A stretch of 51,779 bases of DNA from Chiloscyllium plagiosum (taxonomy: Eukaryota), in assembly GCF_004010195.1 (NCBI RefSeq), contig NW_025215347.1, positions 45,174-96,952 on the forward strand, given 5' to 3'. The position numbers and the translations under genes were made by a program. The notes under the pieces were generated by a model that was not told the DNA's origin, made no database searches, and saw only the letters and a list, made by a program, of their open reading frames with translations. Every line of letters starts with the position of its first letter. The stretch's first letter is position 1. This document shows positions 35,053 to 46,440 of this stretch, in pieces.

Positions 35053-35242
35053 AGATTAGAGTGGTGCTGGAAAAGCACAGCAGGTCAGGCAGCATCCGAG
35101 GAGCAGGAAAAGTGATGTTTCGGGCAAAAGCCCTTCATTATTCCTGACAATACTCCTGCTTCTCGGATGCTGCCTGACTTGCTGTGCTTTTTCAGCACCA
35201 CTCTAATCTCCAGCATCTGCTGTACCCACTTCTGCCTGCCTC
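35053..35242. mobile_element. Fold-back (inverted pLTR pair) Penelope mini-insert
   Basis: Arms 35053-35108 and 35154-35209 are reverse complements with few mismatches; 12-bp TSD agtttaaaccca at 35041-35052 and 35243-35254. Confidence 0.85.
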
Positions 35243-35327
35243 AGTTTAAACCCAGCCAGTTCCAATGTGCTTTGCAACATTGTGGAGAAGGACATGGAAG
35301 ATAGAGAATGTAGGGAAATAGATGGTG

Positions 35328-35640
35328 ATTAGATTAGATTCCCGACAGTATGGAAACAGGCTGTTCGGCCTAACAAATCCACACCGACCCTCTGAAGAGT
35401 AACCCACCCAGACCCATTCCCCTACCCAATATTTCCCTCTGATTAATGTACCTAACACTACGGGCAATTTAGCATGGCCAATTCACCTGACCTGTGCATC
35501 TTTGGATTGTGGGAGGAAACTGAAGCATCCGGAGGAAACCCGCGCAGACACTGGGAGAAGGGCAACTGTGGATTTTGCACAAAGGCGGGAAGCGAGCCTC
35601 ATCCCTGGCGGTGCTAACCACTGAGTCACCGTGCCGCCCC
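35328..35640 (-). mobile_element. HE1/V-SINE (rearranged near head)
   Basis: Similar to the other HE1 copies. Confidence 0.85.
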
Positions 35641-37235
35641 GTGACATCTTGAAAAATGTCCATATTATAGAGGAGGAAGTGTGGATGTCTTGAAATGCAT
35701 AATCCCCAGGACCTGATCAGGTGTACCCGAGAACTCTGTGGGAAGCAAGGCAAGTGATTGCTGGGCCTCTTGCTGAGATATTTGTATTATCGATAGTCAC
35801 AGGTGAGGTGCCGGAAGACTGGAGTTTGGCTAACGTGGTGCCACTATTTAAGGAAGGTGGTAAAGACAAGCCAGGGAACTATAGACCAGTGAGCCTGACG
35901 TCGGTGGTGAGCAAGTTGTTGGAGGGAATCCTGAGGGACAGGATGTACATGTATTTGGAAAGGCAAGGACTGATTAGGGATAGTCAACATGGCTTTGTGC
36001 GTGGGAAATCATGTCCCACGAAATTGATTTTGTTTTTTGAAGAAATAACAAAGAGGATTGATGAGGGCAGAGCAGTAGACGTGATCTATGTGGGCTTCAG
36101 TAAGGCGTTTGACAAGGTTCCCCATGGGGGATTGGTTAGCAAGATTCGATCTCATGGAATACAGGGAGAACTAGCCATTTGGATGCAGAACTGGCTCAAA
36201 GGTAGAAGACAGAGGGTGGTGGTGGAGGGTTGTTTTTCAGACCGCAGGCCTGTGACCAGTGGAGTGCCACAAGGATTGGTGCTGGGTCCATTACTTATCG
36301 TCATTTATATAAATGATTTGGATATGAGCATAAGAGTTAGTAAGTTTGGAGATGACATCAAAATTGGAGGTGCAGTGGACAGTGAAAAAGGTTACCTCAG
36401 ATTACAACGGAATCTTGACCAGATGGGCCAATGGGCTGAGGAGTGGCAGATGGAGTTTAGTTTTGATAAATGTGAGGTGCTGCATTTTGGAAAAACAAAT
36501 CTTAGTAGGACTTGTACACTTAATGGTAATGTCCTAGGGAGTGTTACTGAACAAAGAGACCTTGGAGTGCAGGTTCATAGCTCCTTGAAAGTAGAATCGC
36601 AGGAAGATATGATAGTGAAGAAGGTGTTTGGTATGCTTTTCTTTATTGGTTATGGTATTGAGTACAGGAGTTGGGAGGTCATGTTGCAGCTGTGCACGAC
36701 ATTGCACACTGTTGGAATATTGCATGCAATTCTGGTCTCCTTCCTATCGGAAGGATGTCTTGATACTTGAAAGGGTTCAGAAAAGATGTACAAGGATGTT
36801 GCCAGGGTTGGAGGATTTGAGCTGTAGGGAGAGGTTAAATAGGTTGTGGCTATTTTCCCTGGCTGAGGGGTGACCTTATAGAGGTTTATAAAATCATGAA
36901 GGGCATGGATAAGATAAAGAGACAAAGTTGTTCCCCTGGTGTGGGGAGTCCAGAATTAGCATAGATTTAGGGTGAGAGGGGAAAGATATAAAAGAGACCT
37001 AAAGGGCAACTTTTTCACACAGGGTGGTGCCTGTAAGGAATGAGCTGCCAGAGGAAGTGGAGGCTGGATCAATAGCAACATTTAAAAGGCATCTGGATAG
37101 GTATATGAATAGGAAGGGTTTGGAGGGATATGGGCCGGGTGCTGGCAAGTGTGACTGGATTAGGTTAGCATATCTGGTTGGCATGGGTGAGTTGGACTGA
37201 AAGATCTATTCTCGTGCTGTATATATCTATGACTC
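35641..37235 (+). mobile_element. 5'-truncated CR1 with a long RT reading frame (35721-36770)
   Basis: PGNYRPVSLTS, QHGF, FSKAFDKVPH, GVPQG.VLGPLL, FGDD; frameshift near 36700; degenerate motifs, likely non-functional. Confidence 0.93.
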
Positions 37236-37934
37236 AATGTGCTAACAGGTTGGTTGAAAATAGTTTGCTTTTGAAAGCCAGGTTGTACTGCTGTCTGTGC
37301 TGGAAATGGTTGTTTTGAAAACTGGATCCTAGCAGCTTCTCCAGGAATGACAGTCCGTTAGACACCCAACAGGTGCAGGCAGGCTGTAACTGAGGAAAGA
37401 GAAGGAGATTCCTAGTAAAACTGCAATAGTGCCTCGCCCGGACAAGCCAAAACTAACTACATGGCTCAGAATTTACACACTCTAAATATTTCTTGGAATT
37501 AGGGTGAAGGGAGGAGTCCAATTGTTTAATTGGAAGATAAACATCCTCTTGGGCATTGTAGATTCTGGATTGACTTTGAGAATTAATCCAATGACAGGGC
37601 GGTAGTGGAGGGGGCATTCTGCCTTTAATTATGGAGAAAATCGCGGGATTTGGTCATTGCTGGCAAACCTGCCTTTCAATTATCCCCTTGGCTCCTGAAC
37701 TGTGGGGTTTCTTTAGCCATTGCTGTGGGTGGTGAAAGGTCACTTTCATTCCTGTGGGGCTGGAGTCACATGTATGCCGGAGCGGGTAAAGGTGGCAGGT
37801 TGTGGGTGAGGGCTCAGGATGGGTGTCAGGATGAGGGTCAAGGATGGATATAGGGTGGGGAGAGGCTTGAGAGGGGAATTGGGAGTGGGCGTGGTGGTGT
37901 TTGTGTGCGAACTAGCTACATTCATGCTAGTGGT

Positions 37935-38062
37935 GTCCTGGCCTTTGTGCCTGCAGTGTCTCTGACCTGTGCCATGCTGCCCTGATCCTATGCCCCTGTG
38001 CCTGTGGTATCTCTGACCTTGTGCCCACAGTGTTGCTGACCTGTGCCTTGCTGTCTCTGACT
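37935..38062. repeat. Degenerate ~20-bp minisatellite directly upstream of the LPAR2 acceptor
   Basis: Recurring ctgacc(t)tgtgcc units. Confidence 0.6.
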
Positions 38063-38080
38063 CTCTGCTCCTTGTTGTAG

Positions 38081-38388
38081 GTGCGTTTGTGATCTGTTGG
38101 ACCCCAGGCCTGGTGGTGTTGCTGCTTGATGGGGTGGATTGCCGGAGCTGTGACATCCTGAAGGTGGAGAAATACTTCCTGTTACTGGCTGAGCTGAACT
38201 CCCTGATTAACCCACTGATCTACTCATACCGTGATGAAGAGATGCTGCACACCTTCCGTCGGATCCTCTGTTGGCCGTGTAATCGCAGTGGTACCTTCCA
38301 GGACCCCATCAAATCTCACATTCTCATGCAGCAGATGCTGACCTCCAACCAACGGGCCTCAACCTCCCAGGAACACTCCACCTTGTAA
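38081..38388 (+). CDS. LPAR2: Last coding exon (mid-TM6 to C-terminus) of an EDG-family lysophosphatidic acid receptor, most likely LPA2
   Basis: Pyrimidine tract plus ttgtag|GT acceptor at 38079-38080, phase 1, matching the conserved TM6 intron of LPAR1-3. Translation (G)AFVICWTPGLVVLLLDGVDCRSCDILKVEKYFLLLAELNSLINPLIYSYRDEEM...EHSTL*. VEKYFLLLAE, CxxC (CWPC) after helix 8 and the terminal -STL PDZ motif favour LPAR2 over LPAR1/3. Confidence 0.9.
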
Positions 38389-38434
38389 ACATGGTGCCTG
38401 AGCAAACCCAGGGCATCCCTTCTCCCTGCCTCTA

Positions 38435-38440
38435 AATAAA
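38435..38440 (+). terminator. Candidate proximal polyadenylation signal
   Basis: AATAAA 47 nt after the stop codon; no clear GU-rich downstream element. Confidence 0.25.
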
Positions 38441-39734
38441 CCCCCAATCCCAAATACCCCTGAATATAGCCCAGGGCTTCTGTGTCGGGTTACACAGAAA
38501 GATCCCAGGTGAAGTCAAGCCCTTTCAAAGGTCAACCTTTTGTTCTGATCAGACAATCCCCACCCCCAGAGTATGGTGAGGGGGGTAATTGGTTGTGGGG
38601 GTTGCCAAGTCATTGTCTTCTCTCCCAGAGGCTCAGGGAATTCCTAGAGTGGGACCCTCCATCTGAAATGACTTGCTGATCGAGGAGGAGGGGTCTGGGG
38701 CGTTTTACTGCAGGCCGCAAGATGCCCTGTCGGGCATTTACTAACCACCTCTTTTCAGTATATCCACTCCCACTCCTTCCTGTCCCCAGGAAGAATCCAT
38801 CCAGGAAATACCCAAGTGCCTGGCTCTGGGAGGGAGGGAAGAAAGGGGCGCTCTAACATTTCCCACTGGAATTCCGGGATCAAGCGGCAGTCCCAATGTC
38901 TGCAACAATCCCACGTCTATGGGGACTGACCTTGGCTGATCTTCTGAATGGGACAAGAGCTTAGGAAGCGAGCCTCGACAGGATTGCGTTTGATTCCTTG
39001 TTTCTGGAGCTACAGGATAAGGGGGAGGGAGGGGAACGTGGTGTACCTTTTCCAGTCTTGATCTTGTTTTTGAAGAAGAAATTGACCTGCTTGCAAGAAC
39101 AGTATTCTCATGATCACATTTTGTTCCCAGTCTGTTGTGTGGAACCACTCGGGCAAAACACCCACCTAACTGTGGCTGCGTTTTTGAGACTGGAACTGAG
39201 AAAGACGTTTTGTTTGTAAATGCCTTAACCACATTTCATGATGTCTTGCCAATTTCTGCTGAGAGTGCTGTAAGACACAGGGAGGGGTTGGTATGGGGAA
39301 AAGGTGGGTGACAAGAGTTTGAGATTTGTGGCTCTCTCCGCTGCCTGCTCTCTGGGCTGTGGCTTACCCAAGGTTGTCACAGGAGGTGATAGGGGCCTCA
39401 TGCAGTTCACAGGAGTGTCACAGTAAATCACCTGAGGCCGACTCTAACCCCTCCCAGACTAGTCCTGAGGGGAGGGGGTGGTCCCTGGGATACTTTACTT
39501 TGAAAAATTGCCCTCATTTTCCAAGCTGGGGTTGGGGCAGCTGGACCATCTATACCCACACTGTGAGCTATCCAAAGCCCATAGGCCTGGAAGGTAATCT
39601 CCTGTTGGTTGGGAGTCTTGGGTTTCTGGAGCGGGTCATAGTTGAATTAGGGCCTCCCATGGATGGATAGCTTCCTGATGCTTGACCATGTTTGAGCTCA
39701 GGATGGGCCTGCCTGACTGAAAATGTACGATACA

Positions 39735-40072
39735 AACACACGCATGCACCACATACACACACGTGTGCTCTCTCTCTCTTGCTTTCCCCCTGCATGTGCT
39801 CTCTCATGTACTGTGTAAGTATGTGTTTCTAATTCTGTCTTTCTCACTCACTCGCCCTTGCACTCTCTCAAACAATCTGTGTAATGTTCTGTCTGTCTCT
39901 TTGAGTCTGCATTCTTTCTCTTGTGCTCTGTCTCTCTTTTTCTCTCTGCCTGTCGATTTTTCTTTCTGCGCCTTTTTTTCCTTGTGCTCTCTGTCCCTCT
40001 CTTTCTCTGCCCCCATCTCTCTCACATTCTGTTTCACGTACTCCCATGCTCCATCTGCTTCTTGCTCTCACT
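39735..40072. repeat. CT/CA-rich low-complexity tract
   Basis: Pyrimidine-rich degenerate dinucleotide repeats. Confidence 0.75.
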
Positions 40073-40393
40073 AATCCACCCTGAAGCCAATAATCCTTTG
40101 TATTTCACGGAGAGATTGTCAGTTGTTCAAACATGTTCCATTTTAACTGTTGCACTGACTTCCAGCATCAGTTAATCACCTGGGCTACCCAGCGCAGCCC
40201 TCCTGCCCCAGGCGGGGGGGAGAATGTGCTCTCATCCTCCTGTGGGTGTGGTGACTGTGAAGAAATTATTCTTGGGCTCTGTTGCGTGGGGGGAACCTGT
40301 GAGACTGGCATCTGCCCCCAAAGGGAAACAATGCAGTGTTTTGAGGGGCTGCCCCCCAGCTGCCTCAACAGGGACTCTTGGGTGATGAGATCC

Positions 40394-40396
<3 letters not shown>

Positions 40397-40446
<50 letters not shown>
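40397..40446. repeat. (GT)n microsatellite
   Basis: About 25 perfect GT units. Confidence 0.97.
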
Positions 40447-40455
<9 letters not shown>

Positions 40456-40906
40456 CACTGCCTGCAGTTGAGGTTCCCAGCCAGCCCTAGGGTGAGGAAA
40501 AGCATCCTTCCCTCCCTCAAGGAGGCTCACCTCTTATTGAAATGATGTTTGGGGGGGTGGCCCTCTGGATGGGGGTCTAGATGTTCTCTGTCTTACCAGC
40601 AGCCAGGAACAGGTCTCTGGGCACGGTCTGATTCCTGCCAGAGGCTCGGGCTAGAGTCTCCTTTTATTTAGTCTGTTTCCCTCTCTCTCTGTCTTACTTT
40701 TCATCCCTCTCCCTCTCTCTCTTCATAACCTACGTTCCCCAACTTGCCACACCCATCTGCCACCCCTTGAAACAGCCCATGTCCTCAGACACCAGGGCCA
40801 TTCCCTGTCAATGCTCTTCCTTGTCAGCTTTCAACATTCCCCTTTCATGACTCTCAGTCTCTATCTTAATGAGCCTCAGTTGCTCAGTGTGGATGAGGTT
40901 GGGCTC

Positions 40907-41130
40907 TGTGTGTGTGTCTCTCTCTCTCTCTCTCACACACACACACTCACCCTCTCTCTCTCACACAAGCACACACACACACTCCCTCTTTGGGATTCTC
41001 CTTCTCCTGGAACTGAACCTGGAGCTGAACAGGTTTAGACAAAAGCAGTTCTGCCCTTAAGTGGTGCTGCTGTCGCTCTCGCACTCTCTCTGTCTGTCTG
41101 TCTGTCTCTCTCTCTCTGTCTCTGTCTGTC
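40907..41130. repeat. Compound (TG)(TC)(AC) and (TCTG)(TC) microsatellites
   Basis: Runs at 40907-40985 and 41084-41130. Confidence 0.85.
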
Positions 41131-41270
41131 CCGGTTCCCAACAGTGTCTACCCTCGGATAACAGTCCCTGCTCAGCGAACAGTGGTGTATTCTCATATCT
41201 TTTGTACTGAGTTGTATAGTTGCTTCTGTAAAGTTGGAACTTTTAATTATTGACAGTGTTTTTATGAAAG

Positions 41271-41276
41271 AATAAA
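41271..41276 (+). terminator. Candidate distal polyadenylation signal
   Basis: AATAAA preceded by several TGTA motifs and U-rich sequence; repeats resume about 100 bp downstream. Confidence 0.55.
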
Positions 41277-41374
41277 ATGATCGCAAAAACTTTTTGCTAA
41301 ACGTTGGTTCAGTGCGCATAAAGTCCAGTCCATCCTCAAACTTTGAATCTCTGTCAGATCATAGAATAAAAAGT

Positions 41375-41655
41375 GTGGATGCAGGCCATTCAGCCTATCA
41401 ATACTGACCATGTGAAAAGCATCCCACCCAGACCCACACCCCTCTGATTTCAATGGCTAACCCACCTAGCTTGCACATCCCAGGATACTATCAGCAATTT
41501 AGCATAGCAAATCCACTCTAATTTACACATCTTTGGACTGTAGGAGGAAACCCACGCAGGCAAGGGTGAATGTGCAAATTCCACACAGACAGTCACCTGA
41601 GGCTGGAATCAAATCCAGGTCCCTGTGAAGCAGTGGTGTTAACCACTCTGCCACC
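41375..41655 (-). mobile_element. Older HE1/V-SINE
   Basis: catctttggactgtaggaggaaaccc...ccacacagacagtcacctgagg. Confidence 0.78.
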
Positions 41656-41814
41656 CAAATACCTCCTATAACAACTACCCAGGGGTTACCGGGACTGTAT
41701 GGAAATGGATTCTGTACTTGTTTTTTAAACAGTCTTGGACTGTTCACCTTGTACAATAATGCCATGCCCAGTGGAAACTCATGGCCTTGGGATGGTTGGG
41801 GTAAAACTGTTTTG

Positions 41815-42310
41815 GAGGTAAAAACAATGACTGCAGGTGCTGGAAACCAGATTCTGGATCAGTGGTGCTGGAAGAGCACAGCAGTTCAGGCAGCATCCAA
41901 GGACNNNNNNNNNNNNNNNNAGGATTAGAGCAGAGGGATTGGAGGGCTGCGCGTTGTGAGGATGAGAGGTTGGAGTGGGGGAGGGGGGTCGACAGCTTGA
42001 GGCGGTTAATGTCCCGGCGGCAGTTGGAAATGAAGAGGTCGAGGGCTCTGGATCAGTGGTGCTGGAAGAGAACAGCAATTCGGGCAGCATCCGAGGACAG
42101 GCAAAATCGACGTTTCGGGCAAAAGCCCTTCATCAGGAATAAAGGCAGAGAGCCTGAAGCGTGGAGAGATAAGCTAGAGGAGGGTGGGGGTGGGGAGAGA
42201 GTGGCATAGAGTACAATAGGTCAGTGGGGAAGGAGATGAAGGTGATAGGTCAGGGAGGAGAGGGTGGAGTGGATAGGTGGAAAAGGAGCTGGGCAGGTCG
42301 GGAGAGCTTC
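41815..42310 (-). mobile_element. Penelope partial-tandem structure (pLTR, ORF piece, pLTR)
   Basis: Two pLTR copies flank ALDLFISNCRRDINRL...SNLSSSQRAALQSL; small gap inside. Confidence 0.85.
42105..42140 (-). ncRNA. Minimal type I hammerhead ribozyme, intact core
   Basis: AUUC CUGAUGA A GGGC-UUUU-GCCC GAAA C GUC^ GAUU; stem I weak (one U-U). Confidence 0.7.
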
Positions 42311-43304
42311 AGGGCTGAGGAAATGTTTTGGCCTGACATGTCTTTCAGATGTGCATTCAGTGGGGTCTTGTGGCACGCTGATAGTGTCTCTACCTCTTGA
42401 GGTCAGGTGGCGTGGCTTCAAAGTTCACTTCAGCCAGAGGTGTGGCATAACATCACTGACTAGGCTGATTTTTTTAAAATGCCTCCACCATTGAGTGAGC
42501 CAATTAGCACTGTATTGTTTTATCAGTATGATGTGTGCAGTTTGCAAATTCAAAGATTTCACTCCCCCCTTTGCTCATTTTGATTAACAAATAGTAAATA
42601 AAATTGCTGTTGAACTTTTCTGAGTTTGATTGCAGGAGGCCGTGTGCACTTGATGCTCACGGCACTTGATTGGTTAAGTCCAAGTGGGGACTCCAAGCAA
42701 AGTGAAAGTGCTGGAATTTCACGGTGCCACATGGTTGCAGATATTTCCTAAACAGATTTTAAAAACTACTTTCAAACGCATTTACGATATCCTGGAGCCT
42801 GCCATCTCTGCATTCCTCTAGGATCTGCAAAATTTACTACAAACTGGTAAATACAGCTGCTGCATTTGGATTCCACACGTGGCCACTGGAACTCAGTAAC
42901 ACCCCACTGCTGCTCAGGGTTGGCCTGTGTGGTTGGTCTGTGTGGATTGGTTGCATTGGTGCCCTCCCCTCGCTTTCACACACGATGGGCCCAGCAGAGT
43001 GAAAATGTGCGTTAATGTGGGGTAACATACCCTCAGAATAGCTGTTGAGGTTAGTTTAACTTGTATACCTTTACATCCTCCAGTGTTTTACTAATTTGAA
43101 ATAGGGTGACTACAGAGTGACCTCTGAATTTGACTTGTTGGCATTGCCTACACGACCTTGGTTGCCAGAACTGCAAGCTCCTTCTTGGCATCTTGTTGAA
43201 CAACTCGTGTCAATCAGAGTTCCCTCGTCTCAGTTATTGTAGCAACATACCCTTTTACAAAGAGAATGAGTAATGACTGGGTGAATTGGGTTTGATTCCA
43301 CACT

Positions 43305-43650
43305 GATTTAGGAGAATGAGGAATGACTTGATTGAAATGAAAAGATTCTGAATGGTCTAGACAAGGTGGATATGGAAGTGAGTGAGTCCAATACTAAGGG
43401 CTACCATTTTAGAATTAGGAGTCTTTTAGGACAGAAAGGGGGAATTATCTCCCAGAATATTGAGAGAGTTTGGAATTCTTTTAGAAGGCGGTAGAACCAG
43501 GGCTACTGGATACTTTTTCGGCAGAGGGTGGGTAGATTCTGTTAGCCCGAGGAGCTACATAGGGATGTGGAATTTGAAATGCCACAGATCCATACTCTCC
43601 TTGAATGGGGGAGCTAACATGATGGACTGAATGGTCTACTTCTGTTCCTA
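43305..43650 (+). mobile_element. Old CR1 3' end
   Basis: tttaggagaatgagg...ttgattgaaa...gatggactgaatggtctacttctgttcct. Confidence 0.7.
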
Positions 43651-45954
43651 ATGGGACTAAACCCTATACATGATTATCCCAGTGCAGTCTCTCATGACCT
43701 GTAATGTTGTAGCAAGATTTTACAACTTTAATACCATTCCCTCTAAAGTGTTATTCACTGTCTATCTACTCACTCTCGATCTCTACCCCAACCCCACCAG
43801 GAACCTCAGGTTTACCCCAGTTTGAACCTCCTATCACTGCAACTTGAGTAAAGACCATGTAATTACACCTGGCAGTGGTGGGTATTACTGGTGGAGTGTG
43901 TAAAGGCACAAGGAAATGAAGGGTGAGGGTGGTTTTGTCTCCCAGACCTGAGGGTTTCCTGCGCCAGTGGTACTGGTTATATATAAATGTTTGTTGATAC
44001 AAAGACAGTCAGCTATCACTAAGGGACATAAACCACTGGGACAGTCAGGACTTGATGGTGGTTATCTCTGGGCAAGTGGGTACTCTTGTGACATGATGGT
44101 TAATGTCCCCTGCCTTTGAATTGGAAGTTCCAGGACTTGTCAGTCCAGGAAGGTATGCTGCTAAGCAGCCAAACTGCAAATCCTTTCAACGCACATCAAA
44201 AAGAGCAGAAGTTCCCGTCCAGTGAGAAGTCACATGTTAATCCAGAATGTTCGAGTGTGAGGTCTCTCAGCCCATCATGCCTGCACTGCTAGTCGATGAG
44301 ATTGTGGCTGATCTGAAATCCTCATCACTTTCCCATCGGGTGATGGGATGGAAATTGAACTCTCCACCATCATTTACTGTAACTTCAGGCCACAACGTGT
44401 AAAAGTGTCTGTTACTACAGCAAACTTAGCTCTTGAATGAGCACCCTCCTCCTCCCTACCCTACCCCACCCCACCCCATCCCACCGCACCCACCACCTTT
44501 CCTGCTTCTAAACTAACAGCTCAAACCTTTAATTGGCCTGATTCTGAGTGGGGGCTGATGGCTCCCAATTCCCAACAGATCCCTGAGGAGGTTGTTGTTT
44601 TGCTTAGTGCCAGTTTTCTATCCAGTGCAATGTGGAACCACCCACTGCAGGAATCAGGAAAGGGGGATGATGGAACCATAATGAAAGGAGTAAGGGAAGA
44701 GGTTTCTAGCTGGTGAAGGTGGCAGGTCTGTGTGCATCAGCTATCAAAGATAACTGGGAGCCATCAAGAGCTCAATGCATCCAGGGCACCATGACAGTTC
44801 AGTAAAGGTGGTTAACTGTTAAATAATTGGATTTGATCCTATGGGGAGGTGTGGAGCGTTACCTTGAGAATCCAGGAGAATGCAGTCTCCAGAAAAGAGA
44901 TTGAGCCATTAGGAAGTGAGCAGTTGTTGAGGAGGTCAGAGTAGCCTTTGATTGAATTGAATTAGCTGTCTTGTCACATATACTCAAATGAATACAGCAA
45001 AAAGTTTACAAATCACTACTTACGGCACCATCTTAGGTACAAGATACTGAGGTACATACCTTTAGTTGTTCTTAGGGTTAAAAAAAAGTAAAGAAATAAA
45101 AAACACAGCATTGCAGATCATAGGAATAAGTTAGAACATAGAGAAATAAAAAGTTCAGAACATGGTCCTTCCAACCCAGTCCATGCTGACTCCTAGCCTT
45201 TAGGCCGCACTGAGCCTTAACTCCAGACTGCATCAGGCTTCACTTTGAGGTTCTTGAGGCTGGAAATCCACACATGAGAGACTGCCATGCTAGATCTTTC
45301 AGTAAAATGAGTTGAAATACTTCTGGGAGACTGTTTTGAGGTTTTGTGACCAGCACTGATCACTCTGGTCCAAGTGGGATGCTGGGAAACGTTCTGTAAA
45401 TTGCCATTTTATGTGCAGTGCATTCACCCACAGTTTGTCTGCCAAGTCATACTTGCCTCATGTTAATCCCGATTTGTTAGAGTATGGAGTATATATCAGA
45501 GATTATTTCAGTTTTTCTAACTTTGTGGAGTAAAATTTATCCTTGCATTGCTTCCAGAATTTACAGTTTTTTTTTCCCCTCAGTGATGATCTGGACTTTG
45601 AAATTCGATTGTTTTAAACAAGACTGATTGATCAAACATCAGGGGTTGGTCCGGGGGTGGTGGCAGCAGTTGTTGACTGTAACTTACTGAGAAAAAGATA
45701 GAACACATTGAAGCAATAAAGCATTAACTCTGGGGCTCACTACATTCCTGGAGGCATCCGTCCCACATTCCTGACAGATCAGCTCAGTCCTCACAAGTCC
45801 CTGACCTCTCCGCAGTGCCCCTGCCACGGTCATAATGTTCTTTCGAGCGACTGGGATATTTACTGAGGTCGTCACAGACCCAATGGAGACCTGAAAACCC
45901 TGAAACTTTCCACTCAGTAGGAAGGCAGACCTGAGTAATTCTCAGGCTGAGGCT

Positions 45955-46440
45955 CTGTTTTACGCAGTGCGCAGTTTGGGCTATTGGAGTAAGATAGCAT
46001 TAGCTGATACCAGAAAGCTGTGACTGGTCGAAAGGGTGTTGTTTGATTATTAAAATAAGGATCGGGCGGCATTCAGATAAGTCAGAATTCAGCAAGGGAG
46101 CTTACGCAAGCCATTGAATATAATGGGCAAGCCATACTCATACCACTTCGGACGAGGACTTGGTCCTGGGACTTACGACAAAGCTCAGAATTATGCACTC
46201 CCCACCGCCCGCCACTACTATCTCTCTCTCTCTCTCCCTGTGCGCTACAGCGTGAGGTGCTGTCCCTTTAGAATGAAACCTTGAATTGAGAGTCCAGGGA
46301 ACTTTCTTGAGTGGATGTAACCAATCGCGCTCCATTGTTTGAAGAAAAGCAGTGATAAGTACGTATCCCTCCACTAATACCCCTGGGCGAATGCAGCTTG
46401 TGGCATCTTGCTGTGCGCGAAAAGCTGCTAAGCCTCTGTG
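45955..46440. promoter_or_regulatory. Promoter-like CpG-enriched patch
   Basis: Non-repetitive with locally dense CpG; aaCCAATcg NF-Y-type box at 46321-46325; GC boxes at 46064-46069 and ~46204-46213. Confidence 0.45.

Larger units (their letters stand above)
38389..41300 (+). other. Putative LPAR2 3' UTR
   Basis: Stretch after the stop codon lacking the LINE/SINE copies that saturate the flanks; ends in a U-rich segment with TGTA motifs and AATAAA at 41271-41276. Confidence 0.55.

Noticed and set aside
35721..36770. 349-aa RT ORF as a host gene or active element
   Set aside because: 5'-truncated CR1 ORF2 lacking the endonuclease, with degenerate motifs and a downstream frameshift.
46123..46230. 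Plus-strand MGKPYSYHFGRGLGPGTYD resembling a SHIPPO/PGP repeat
   Set aside because: Single short motif with no supporting exon structure; runs into a CT repeat.
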